From an uncultured Bacteroidales bacterium (GTDB taxonomy: Bacteria > Bacteroidota > Bacteroidia > Bacteroidales > CAIWKO01): a stretch of DNA of 64,000 bases. The notes under the pieces were generated by a model. The model had not been told where the DNA came from. It saw nothing but the letters and a program-made list of their open reading frames with translations, and did not search any database. Made by a program: the position numbers and the translations under genes. Below, piece by piece: positions 9,875 to 19,000 of the stretch. Numbering within the stretch: the first letter of the stretch is position 1; the number at the start of each line of letters is the position of its first letter. Location of the stretch: contig CAZVKJ010000004.1 of assembly GCA_964626855.1 (NCBI GenBank), positions 4,869-68,868 of the forward strand. Reading direction: 5' to 3'.

Positions 9875-12800
9875 ATGTTTGAGAAAATCATAGAAAGACA
9901 ATTTAGAATTGATTTATTCGAAAAGGACAAAAATCCAAGAGTAACTTTTACTAAATTGAAATACTCTTATAACTATTTTTTAGCGTGTATTGTCGTTGAT
10001 AATTTCTCAACAAACAACTCATTTGACAAGTGGATTTATGGAGAAGCATTACCAGCAGACATAAAAAGTATTGGTGAAACAAATATAATTGTTAATAATA
10101 ATAAACTAGAAGATGAAATAAATTGGATCTTATTGAGCATTAGAAAATACAAAAATGAAATCAATAAATTTTTAACTTATAAAAAACAATTTGAAGCTAA
10201 ATTATTAACTGGAGACTATGAAAAGGCTGAAGAAATATTAAATTTGGTTGATTCTCAAATTTCAATGTCTTTATGGAGTATTGAAAATCGTTTTTTATTA
10301 ATTGAACTCAGAAAAGGGTTAAAGGAGAATACCGGTTTTCTTAATGATATTAACATTCAAAACAATAAGTCATTTATCAGATACTTAGCGCATTTTTATA
10401 GTACAAAAGCTGAAAAAGAACTTTCTGTTAATCGATATGAAGTAAATTTAGTAAAGTTTCTATTGCCTTTAATGGAAAAAGGATTCAATGCTGATTTAGA
10501 GTATTATTTTTTCAAGCTAAATCCATTTGTAAAAAATAATTACGAACATTTATCAGAAATTCTCGCATTTGAAAACTACAATTCAATAATTGATAAATAT
10601 ATATCATTAATAAGAGTCTTTCAGATTATTATTACGAATTTGACTGATACTGACAAAGAGTTGAAGGATTTTATTAGAAATAGATTATATTATTTAGATA
10701 AAAAAGTTGAAGATAATAATATAAAAATACTTAGAAGTGTAGTTGGAAATGAATTGGAAGAAATTTCTTTAAATTCAAATGACAAAAGTTATATATCAAT
10801 ATTAGACTTATATACGTCTGGTGAGTATGAAGTCTGTCAAAAAATGATTGAAACTGCACTTAATTTAGATCCATTAATTTTTGAATTCTATCCAATTTAT
10901 ATTAAATCATTATTACATCAAAAAAAAGAATTAAATTATGGTAAAAAAAATTCTTTTCAAGGTCAAATATTAGCGTCATTATTAGAATTGTATAAAAAGG
11001 AAAATAACCCTGTTGATTCTGGAATAATCTTAAAAAAGATTGCATATAATCTAAGCAATATTTCAAACATATCTTTTTCAATAACTGACATCGTAAAATC
11101 AGAAATAGAGAATGATGATTCATTTAATAAACTGTCACAGATAAACGCTTCATTTTTAAATCCACAATTATCAAAAATCCACAATAACCAAAATAAAATT
11201 CTTGATCTTCTTGCCAAAAAAACCTCAAATTCAAGCACAATCTTTTTATTGACGGCATTTTTAAAAGATACAATAAATGATATTGAATCTAAATCAAATA
11301 TTGATATAACTAGAATTAGTTATTATCAAGCTAAAAGGCATCAATTAAATGAAAACTATGATGAAGCAAGCAAAATTTGGGAAAGATTATTGGAAATTGA
11401 ACTTTTAAATTACAAAGTTGAAAAGGTACTAATAAATCTCTTCTTCTGTAAAGCAAAATTAAGCGAATTTGATTCTTGTATTAATTTGTATGTCAAATAT
11501 TATTTTAAAAATAAATATTTGGTTCAAAGATTAAATGTAGATATAGTTAAAAATGAAATTAAAAAAGCTAAATATAACAATATTATTCATTCCATAGAAC
11601 TACCATTATTTTTTTACTTAACAAATTCTGAGGGCTATGATATTCACACGGCCTATGAATGTTTTTTAATGAATAATGACTGTGAAAAAGCTTCAGAATT
11701 AATTGACAAAATAGATTCATATGATAATTATCTTATATTTTTTCTTAAAAATATATGCAATCTTGAAGTATTTAAACATTCCCCAGCAATTACAAATACA
11801 AAAAACAAATTTAATGAGCGAATCAAAATATGTCAATATTTAATTAAAGTTGATCCTCAAAATAAGGAAGAATATAAAGAAGAAGAAACTCTTTTATCAA
11901 ACAGATTAATAATTCAAAAAGGATTACAAGAAATTGATGAAAGTAAAATTTATGTTAATCAGGATAGTATAATTTTAAATGAACTAAAAGATTTAAAATC
12001 TATATTTAATAGATACGTTTCTATTGCTCAACTATCTGATGAAAAAGGAATTGCATTTATAAATTTGGGCTCTGAAAGGATGTATAATGTCTCATTGCAA
12101 GAAGAAACAACAATGGATGTTGAGTTTTCAAAAGATCCTCAATATGATATATTTAAAGAAATATTTTATGAAATAAGGGATAAGTTTTTATATAGTAAAT
12201 ATGGATTGAAATTAAACCTAAGTACAAGAATTCGCCATGGTGTTTTAGAAGGTGAAATTCGTTCTGAATTTGTTTTGTTAAACTTGATTACAGAGAAGGA
12301 AAATGCATCAAATGTTTACAAACAAAATAAACAGTTAAGAGCGATTATGCAATCATATAATGATGAACAAACCTGTATAATTTTTGATAAATTGATTTCT
12401 GAATTTTCTGAACAAATTGATAGTTTAATTTATGACGAAATTCTTGCTAAATACCTCCTTATTAAAACTGAAAAAGAAAACCCAGATGGTTGGTTAGATT
12501 ACAAGTATGATGAAGTTGAATTACAAGTGCTTTACTCTTTAATTTACAAAAACATAACAAGTTACAATGAGTTTATAGATTCTATTTTTAAAGACCTTTG
12601 GAACAGAACAAATAAGAATCTAATAGAGATTCAAATTAAACTTAAAAATGAATTCAGAGATAAATTTTACGATGTTATATATGTTTTTGAAAATAAACTA
12701 CAACAATCTAACGTAGTACTCCCAGATGAATTACTTACAAATTTGACAGTTATAAAAACTAAAGTCGAAAATAAATTATCTAAAATTGCAAGTTGGTTTA

Positions 12801-13291
12801 CTATTACTGATTCACAAATATCTGATTTTGATCTTAATAAAATAGTAGAAGTTTGTTGTGAATCTCTTCACAATCATTATACATCTAAAAACTTAATTTT
12901 AGACAAAAAAATTGAATATCACGGACTTATTAAGGGTCAGTATTTTACTCATTTAGTCTATTTGCTAAGAATATTTTTTCAAAATATTCTTGATTATTGT
13001 GAAGAAGACAATGTAAACATATTCCTTAGTATTCGAGAATCTAAAAATGTACTAAATATAAAAATTGAAAACAAGCTAAAAGATAACGAAGACATACAGG
13101 TACTAAAAGAAAAAATAAAAATAGAAGATGATATAATAAAATCTCAATTAGATAAAAAGTCCGGATTATACAAAGCTTTGAATATAGTTAGAACTAGCTT
13201 TGAAGATGATAAAAATGAATTATTCATTGACATTATAGAAAATAAGTTTTGTGTGTCAGTTGATTTAAATCTTAATAAGATATTAGCATGA
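9875..13291 (+). CDS. dtcA: Detocs DtcA-like sensor: large helical-repeat protein with C-terminal GHKL/histidine-kinase-like ATPase
   Basis: 1138-aa ORF, very AT-rich. About 770 aa of K/E/N/L-rich helical, TPR-like sequence with no TM segment. C-terminal FDLNKIVEVCCESL...LLRIFFQNILDYCEE is N-box-like, and KKSGLYKALNIVR is G2-box-like. The only His between roughly aa 770 and 1000 is H788, in LSTRIRHGVLEGE (12236-12238). The stop overlaps the next start (ATGA at 13288-13291). Confidence 0.65.
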   Translation: MFEKIIERQFRIDLFEKDKNPRVTFTKLKYSYNYFLACIVVDNFSTNNSFDKWIYGEALPADIKSIGETNIIVNNNKLEDEINWILLSIRKYKNEINKFLTYKKQFEAKLLTGDYEKAEEILNLVDSQISMSLWSIENRFLLIELRKGLKENTGFLNDINIQNNKSFIRYLAHFYSTKAEKELSVNRYEVNLVKFLLPLMEKGFNADLEYYFFKLNPFVKNNYEHLSEILAFENYNSIIDKYISLIRVFQIIITNLTDTDKELKDFIRNRLYYLDKKVEDNNIKILRSVVGNELEEISLNSNDKSYISILDLYTSGEYEVCQKMIETALNLDPLIFEFYPIYIKSLLHQKKELNYGKKNSFQGQILASLLELYKKENNPVDSGIILKKIAYNLSNISNISFSITDIVKSEIENDDSFNKLSQINASFLNPQLSKIHNNQNKILDLLAKKTSNSSTIFLLTAFLKDTINDIESKSNIDITRISYYQAKRHQLNENYDEASKIWERLLEIELLNYKVEKVLINLFFCKAKLSEFDSCINLYVKYYFKNKYLVQRLNVDIVKNEIKKAKYNNIIHSIELPLFFYLTNSEGYDIHTAYECFLMNNDCEKASELIDKIDSYDNYLIFFLKNICNLEVFKHSPAITNTKNKFNERIKICQYLIKVDPQNKEEYKEEETLLSNRLIIQKGLQEIDESKIYVNQDSIILNELKDLKSIFNRYVSIAQLSDEKGIAFINLGSERMYNVSLQEETTMDVEFSKDPQYDIFKEIFYEIRDKFLYSKYGLKLNLSTRIRHGVLEGEIRSEFVLLNLITEKENASNVYKQNKQLRAIMQSYNDEQTCIIFDKLISEFSEQIDSLIYDEILAKYLLIKTEKENPDGWLDYKYDEVELQVLYSLIYKNITSYNEFIDSIFKDLWNRTNKNLIEIQIKLKNEFRDKFYDVIYVFENKLQQSNVVLPDELLTNLTVIKTKVENKLSKIASWFTITDSQISDFDLNKIVEVCCESLHNHYTSKNLILDKKIEYHGLIKGQYFTHLVYLLRIFFQNILDYCEEDNVNIFLSIRESKNVLNIKIENKLKDNEDIQVLKEKIKIEDDIIKSQLDKKSGLYKALNIVRTSFEDDKNELFIDIIENKFCVSVDLNLNKILA

Positions 13292-13722
13292 AAGTTTTAT
13301 TAATTGAAGATACTGATCTTAAAAAAGAACAGATAGCTGCTTTTGTTTCGGAAGAATATCCATCTATTTATTTAGAACTGAGAAAGTCATATAATTCTGG
13401 ACTAAGAGAAATAATTAAGAATCAAGATTACTCATTAATACTTCTAGATATGAGTTTGCCTAATTATGACATCGCTCCAGGTGAAACAGGTGGTGATTTT
13501 GAAAGTATGGCTGGTAGTTTTCTTTTACAAGAGATGTATAGAAGAGACATCAATATAAATGTAGCAATTGTTACAATGTATAAAAACTATACAGATGAAG
13601 AATTTAATTCGGGCTTAAAAGATAGCTTCTCTAATTATTTAGGAGTTGTATATTTTAATTTGAATAAACCTGATAGTTGGAAAAAAGAATTAAGAACGAT
13701 TTTTAAATCTATAAATCTATGA
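13288..13722 (+). CDS. dtcB: Detocs DtcB-like stand-alone receiver (REC) domain protein
   Basis: 144-aa ORF. CheY-like MKVLLIEDTD acidic pocket and putative phospho-acceptor D54 in LILLDMSLP (13447-13449). No output domain. ATGA overlaps on both sides. Confidence 0.75.
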   Translation: MKVLLIEDTDLKKEQIAAFVSEEYPSIYLELRKSYNSGLREIIKNQDYSLILLDMSLPNYDIAPGETGGDFESMAGSFLLQEMYRRDININVAIVTMYKNYTDEEFNSGLKDSFSNYLGVVYFNLNKPDSWKKELRTIFKSINL

Positions 13723-14945
13723 TTAACATAATAATAGTCGAAGACAACAACGACAAATTAGTAAAAATTCAAGATCTGATAAAAACTGAAATTGATATTC
13801 CTGAACAGAATGTATCAACAGCAAAGAATGTCAAAGAAGCAAAGATCATTATGCGTAATACAACTTTTGATTTAATGATTCTCGATTTAGTACTCCCATT
13901 AGATGAAGATGATAATGAAAGTCCCGAAAATGGGATTTCATTTTTAAAAACTATACAAACAAACCCTACTATAAATCCTCCAATTCATATTGTTGGTTTG
14001 ACTAGTTTTACGGATTTAATAGAACAATATGCAGCAGAATTTACGAAGTACTTATGGTATTTAATTGAATATAAAGGTGATGAGTCAGATTGGAAGGAAA
14101 AACTTAAAGAAATATTTTTCCATTTGATTAAAGTTAGAAAAGAGTTCTTAAATCCAATTAATATTAAATACGATTTTGATATTGCTGTTATTTGTGCTTT
14201 ACATAATCCCGAACTTGTTCAAATATTGAAGATTCCAGCTAACTGGGAAAAATATTCAATACAAAACGATGCAACTCAATATTTTATTGGAATCTTTGAA
14301 AGAGGTGCAAAAAGATTAAAAGTAGTTTGTGCTTCCCCTCCTCAAATGGGCATGGTTGCATCTGCAACTTTATCTATGAAGATGATTAATTCTTTTAAAC
14401 CCAAATATATTGCCATGACAGGAATCGCTGCGGGTTATTCTGGAAATGATTTAGGATATGGGGATATCTTAATTGCAGATCAATCTTACGACGGAACGAG
14501 TGGTAAGATAATAACTCTTGAGAATCTCGATAAAAGTTTTTCCCCTAATCCTACCCCAATTCCTATAGATTCTGATTTAAAAGAAAAATTAAGAGGATTT
14601 GAGAATCATGAAATTCTATCAAAGATAAAAAGAAAATTTAACGGGAATTTACCTAACACTGAACTTAAAATTAAAGTTGGACCTTTAGTATCAGTTCCTT
14701 TTGTTATACAAAACGAAATTGAGTTTAAAAGCTTCAGGGACAATCAAAGAAAACTAATTGGTTTAGAAATGGAAGCATTTGGTATTTTTTATAGTGCAAA
14801 TAATGCTCCCAATCCCAAGCCCAAACCAATTGTAATTAAATCTGTATGTGATTTTGGTGACAGTAAGAAGGATGATAACTATCAGATTTATGCAGCATTT
14901 ACAAGTGCACAATTTTTCTATGAATTTGCATTGAACGAATTATAA
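13719..14945 (+). CDS. dtcC: Detocs DtcC-like effector: receiver domain fused to PNP/MTA-nucleosidase-fold domain
   Basis: 408-aa ORF. N-terminal REC domain (IIIVEDNND; acceptor D56 in LMILDLVLP, 13884-13886). The C-terminal ~260 aa carry nucleoside phosphorylase/nucleosidase hallmarks: PPQMGMVASATLSMKMI..YIAMTGIAAGY, GLEMEAFG (E350-M351-E352 at 14766-14774) and KSVCDFGD. Confidence 0.8.
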   Translation: MINIIIVEDNNDKLVKIQDLIKTEIDIPEQNVSTAKNVKEAKIIMRNTTFDLMILDLVLPLDEDDNESPENGISFLKTIQTNPTINPPIHIVGLTSFTDLIEQYAAEFTKYLWYLIEYKGDESDWKEKLKEIFFHLIKVRKEFLNPINIKYDFDIAVICALHNPELVQILKIPANWEKYSIQNDATQYFIGIFERGAKRLKVVCASPPQMGMVASATLSMKMINSFKPKYIAMTGIAAGYSGNDLGYGDILIADQSYDGTSGKIITLENLDKSFSPNPTPIPIDSDLKEKLRGFENHEILSKIKRKFNGNLPNTELKIKVGPLVSVPFVIQNEIEFKSFRDNQRKLIGLEMEAFGIFYSANNAPNPKPKPIVIKSVCDFGDSKKDDNYQIYAAFTSAQFFYEFALNEL

Positions 14946-14970
14946 AGACAGAAAAACGAGCTGCTAACAA

Positions 14971-15047
14971 CAAGTAGGGTCAATGCCACAGAAAAAAGTC
15001 TCAGCTAAACGGATAAAAGAGTGCATTCGCGGCACTGAACCTACTTG
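14971..15047. repeat. imperfect 17-bp inverted repeat immediately 3' of the operon
   Basis: CAAGTAGGGTCAATGCC (14971-14987) pairs with GGCACTGAACCTACTTG (15031-15047), with 2 mismatches and a 43-nt loop. There is no T-tract. It is flanked by CTAACAA on the 5' side and GTTTGCGGCAAT on the 3' side. Confidence 0.45.
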
Positions 15048-15078
15048 CAGCCGTTTGCGGCAATTGTAGAAAAATCTA

Positions 15079-15591
15079 ATGAATAGAATCAGGATAATAT
15101 TATTTTTCCTTGCATCATTGACAGTCTATTCTTGTAACAGGCCACCCGACCTGACAGAGGATGAAATCAATAATATATTAAATGGGATATTGGCCATCGA
15201 CAGCAATATTTGTATTGGACAATTATGCTGGAAATATAATGATTTAGCATGGGAAGACGAGTACAAAAAAGTATTTACTTCGTCAGACATCAGATTTATC
15301 AATAGACAGAAACGCTTGTTCAGTAACCTGAGAATCAAACCGAATATCTTGCAATGTTATTGGCCGACAAAGAAAAAATTCGACTATTTTGATATAGTAG
15401 ACACAAATTGGACAAAGGGGGGTGTTCATCATTTCTCTTTCCCTTTAATATCAGTAGACAGAAATAAGGTTATCCTGCAAACAGTATTTGACTGCAACAT
15501 GCCACTTTGTAGTTGGAGTGACGTAAGCTTATATGTCAGAAAAAATGGAAAATGGAAATTGGAGAAAACGTTTCAGTCTTGGCTAAGTTGA
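15079..15591 (+). CDS. hypothetical lipoprotein
   Basis: 170-aa ORF with a lipobox-like signal, MNRIRIILFFLASLTVYSC. Confidence 0.5.
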   Translation: MNRIRIILFFLASLTVYSCNRPPDLTEDEINNILNGILAIDSNICIGQLCWKYNDLAWEDEYKKVFTSSDIRFINRQKRLFSNLRIKPNILQCYWPTKKKFDYFDIVDTNWTKGGVHHFSFPLISVDRNKVILQTVFDCNMPLCSWSDVSLYVRKNGKWKLEKTFQSWLS

Positions 15592-15776
15592 AAAATAAAA
15601 GTGATGAAAAAAATAACCACATGCAGTTAACTTTGTGTCGACAGGCAGCGGTAGGGCAAGGTTAGTGAACATTTTAAGGCTTCTTAACCGGGCCTGTGGT
15701 TAGTTAAAAAACAGTACTTCTATCACTACTTCCGAACCCTGTTGTGGGATCAAACGCTTATCTGACTTTTGTATAG

Positions 15777-16077
15777 TACTACCTTGGCTATGTTCATATA
15801 AAATGTACATCGGAAATCATTGTCCCAAATATTTTTATGCCAAATGGTTATGAGAATAATGATAAATTTTAGGTTAATTCAAACATTATCATTATTTTTA
15901 ATGGTATCATTTTTAATTGCCGAAGTACACGATTGGACTGATACGGGCAGGGGATGAAATGGCAGAATAAATGAAAGCAGGCAGGCAAGTGATGGAACGT
16001 ATTATTACGTTAATATTGACCAGGGTAATGATGGAAAAAGTCGGAATTTGCAGGGAATATTCACCTTGTTAAGGTAA
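15777..16077 (+). pseudogene. degraded remnant of a T9SS type B (gliding-motility-associated) C-terminal domain
   Basis: Translation gives ...KCTSEIIVPNIFMPNGYENNDKF* (in-frame TAG at 15870). After a frame change it continues DWTDTGRG*NGRINESRQASDGTYYYVNIDQGNDGKSRNLQGIFTLLR* (stop at 16075-16077). This parallels the intact C-terminus of the next gene (IFIPNAFTPNHDGRNETF...GWDGKNSG...GVYVYMV...KERGIVNLIR). No upstream body of the gene remains. Confidence 0.6.
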
Positions 16078-16082
16078 CAGAA

Positions 16083-19000
16083 ATGAAAAAAGTATTGTTC
16101 AGCGGATTTTGCATAATTATTTTTTCTTTTTGTCTTTGGCTCATTTCCTTTGACCGTGTTGTTGCCCAATGCAGCATTGAGGCATGTCCTGATATTACTT
16201 TTTGCCCGGGAGCATCTGCACAACTGGTGGCTTCAGGAGGGGTAAGTCCGGGCAGCTATACCTGGTCGCCATCAACAGGATTGAACAGCACTACAATTTA
16301 TAATCCTGTCGCAAGCCCGTTAGTCACAACTACCTATTATGTCACAGGCAACGGCACATTAGGCAACGTAATTATCAACGGCGATTTTTCACAGGGAAAC
16401 ACAGGCTTTTCCTGTAATTATAATTATAATTCTAATCTTGTTCCCGAAGGAAATTATTATGTCGGTACAAATCCTCATACCTTTCATGGCGGATTTGTCA
16501 ATTTTTATGATCATACCAGCGGATCAGGAAATATGATGATTGTTAATGGTGCGGGTGTGCCTAATACCAATGTGTGGTGCCAGACGGTGCCTGTTACACC
16601 AAATACGGATTATGATTTTGCGACATGGGCCTGCAATGTAAGTAATTCGGGAAGTCCGGCACTGTTGCAATTTTCAATTAATGGCCAACCACTTGGGTCA
16701 ATATTTTCCGTGAATGCTGTGACCTGCATCTGGAATCAGTTTTTTGCAATTTGGAATTCGGGAAGTAATACTACTGCTACCATTTGCATTGTTAATCAGA
16801 ATACAACACTGGTGGGCAATGACTTTGCCCTTGACGATATATTGTTTGCACCGGTATGCTATGGAATAGATTCGGTTACAGTCTTTGTTGACCAGGTAAA
16901 CATTTCGGCAAGTCCTGCCAATCCGGCTATTTGTCCGGGGCACTCTGTAACGCTTTCTGCTTCGGGTGCAAGCACCTATACATGGATTCCGGGGAATACG
17001 CCCGGCTCCACTGTTGCCGGAGCTCAGATCACCGTTTCTCCTGTTACAACTACCATCTACACGATAACGGGTACAGATGCTATTGGGTGTACCGGCTCAA
17101 CAAGCGTTACCGTCAATGTCGGTTATCCGGTTATATCAGGCGTTCTTTCTGTTTGTACAAATTCATCGACTCAGCTTGCCGGAACTGGCCAGCCGGCTGT
17201 TTCAGGCGCCTGGGTATCCTCAAACACCGGTGTTGCTTCAGTAAATAATTCAGGTATGGCCATTGGTGTTTCAGCCGGTACAAGTATTATAACCTATACC
17301 GACATTGCGGGTTGTACGGCAACGGCAACGCTGACTGTTAACACAACACCTTTAGTAGTAGCTCTTTCAAATGTTTTTGTGTGCGACAGCGGCACGGTCG
17401 CCGCGACAAATTTTACCAGCAATCCACCCGGAGGAGTATTTTCGTGGACAAATTCCAATACAACTATCGGGCTGGGAGCGGGGGGTACGGGAAACATCCC
17501 CTCGTTTACGGCAATAAATAACACATCCTCACCAGCAAACGTAATAATTACAGTTGTTTCTACCCTGAACAATTGTACAGGCCCTCCTTCTGCCTATACC
17601 ATTACCGTATACCCATCGCCTAACGTCAATGCCCCGGTAGATATTGATGTTTGCGATGGTACCCTGATGTTGGCATCAACATTTAACGGCCCGCTACCGG
17701 GGACAACATTATCATGGACAAACAGTAATACGGCTGTCGGGCTTCCGGCAGGAGGTTCCGGCGACGTGCCGCAATTTAATGCAACGAATGCCGGTACAAC
17801 ACCTGTATTGGCCACCATCGTTGTAATTCCCACTGGAAATGTTTGCACAACTGCCCCTGTTACATACCACCTCACAGTTAATCCCATACCTTCTGTCACC
17901 ATGCCTGCCGATACGTCAGTCTGTCATGGTGCAATTGTCGGCGCTTCAATATATACAGGTACTGTGGCTGGAACAACATTTACATGGACAAATTCAAATG
18001 CGTCAGTAGGCCTTGCAGCCAGCGGCATTGGAAATGTGCCTTCATTTACAGCCATAAATACGGGAAATATCCCTGTTGTGGCCAACATCACAGTTACTCC
18101 TGCCGCCAACAATTGCACCGGAATACCTTCCGTATATAGCATCATTGTGAGTCCGGCACCCCTGATAACCTTTTCTTCCTTGCCGCAACTTTGTATTTCT
18201 TCGCCACCCTTGTCGCTTACACACGCGATACCGGCTGGAGGTATTTATTCTGGCGCCGGCGTCACCGGGAATATCTTTGATCCTTCGGTTGCAGGCATTG
18301 GAATGCATACCATATCATACACTTATACGGATACAAATAGCGGTTGTAGCAATACAGGCACAACACAGATTGTGGTCACTGATGGGTTATCAATTTCGGT
18401 ATCGCCTGAAAATCCTTTTATTTGTGAGGGCAACAGTATTATACTGCATGCTTCGGGAGCATCATCGTTCACATGGCAACCTGTTACTGGTTTATCTTCC
18501 AGCCTGGGCGATCAGGTTATTGCATCACCTGCAATGACCACTGTTTATACTGTTCAGGGCAGTAATCCTGATGGTTGTGCAGGTTCAGCTACAGTGGCCG
18601 TTGGAATATATAATGTGCCTGTATTGGCTGTTACGTCTTTTCCCAAAGAAGGATGCAGCCCGCTAAAGGTGAATTTTGGCTATGTGCCTATTGGGCCCAT
18701 CGATACCAACACCATGTATTGGAATTTCGGTGATCTTTCTTCATCAGAAAATTCATCTGTTAGAGCATTTCCTGCGCATACGTTTATCAACCAGGGGGAA
18801 TATGCTGTTTATCTGGGCGCACATACAACGGAAGGATGCCCTGTATCGTGCACAGATACCGTGCTTGCTTTTCCGGTTCCGGTGGCTGATTTCTATTATA
18901 ATCCCCCGGTAGCCAGTTTATACGATCCCAAAATAAATTTTATTGACCTGTCTGCAGACGGCACTTCCTGGTTATGGGATTTTGGTGATCCTGCTTCATT

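Noticed and set aside
13288-14945. Reading the two receiver-domain genes as an ordinary transcriptional two-component regulator pair.
   Set aside because: Neither protein has a helix-turn-helix or winged-helix output domain. One is a bare receiver, and the other carries a nucleosidase/phosphorylase-fold domain.
16698-18912. Numerous 70-105-aa ORFs on both strands within the adhesin gene.
   Set aside because: They are all nested in a 1110-aa ORF with coherent repeat architecture and a T9SS C-terminal domain. They are shadow ORFs of a GC-richer, repeat-rich gene.
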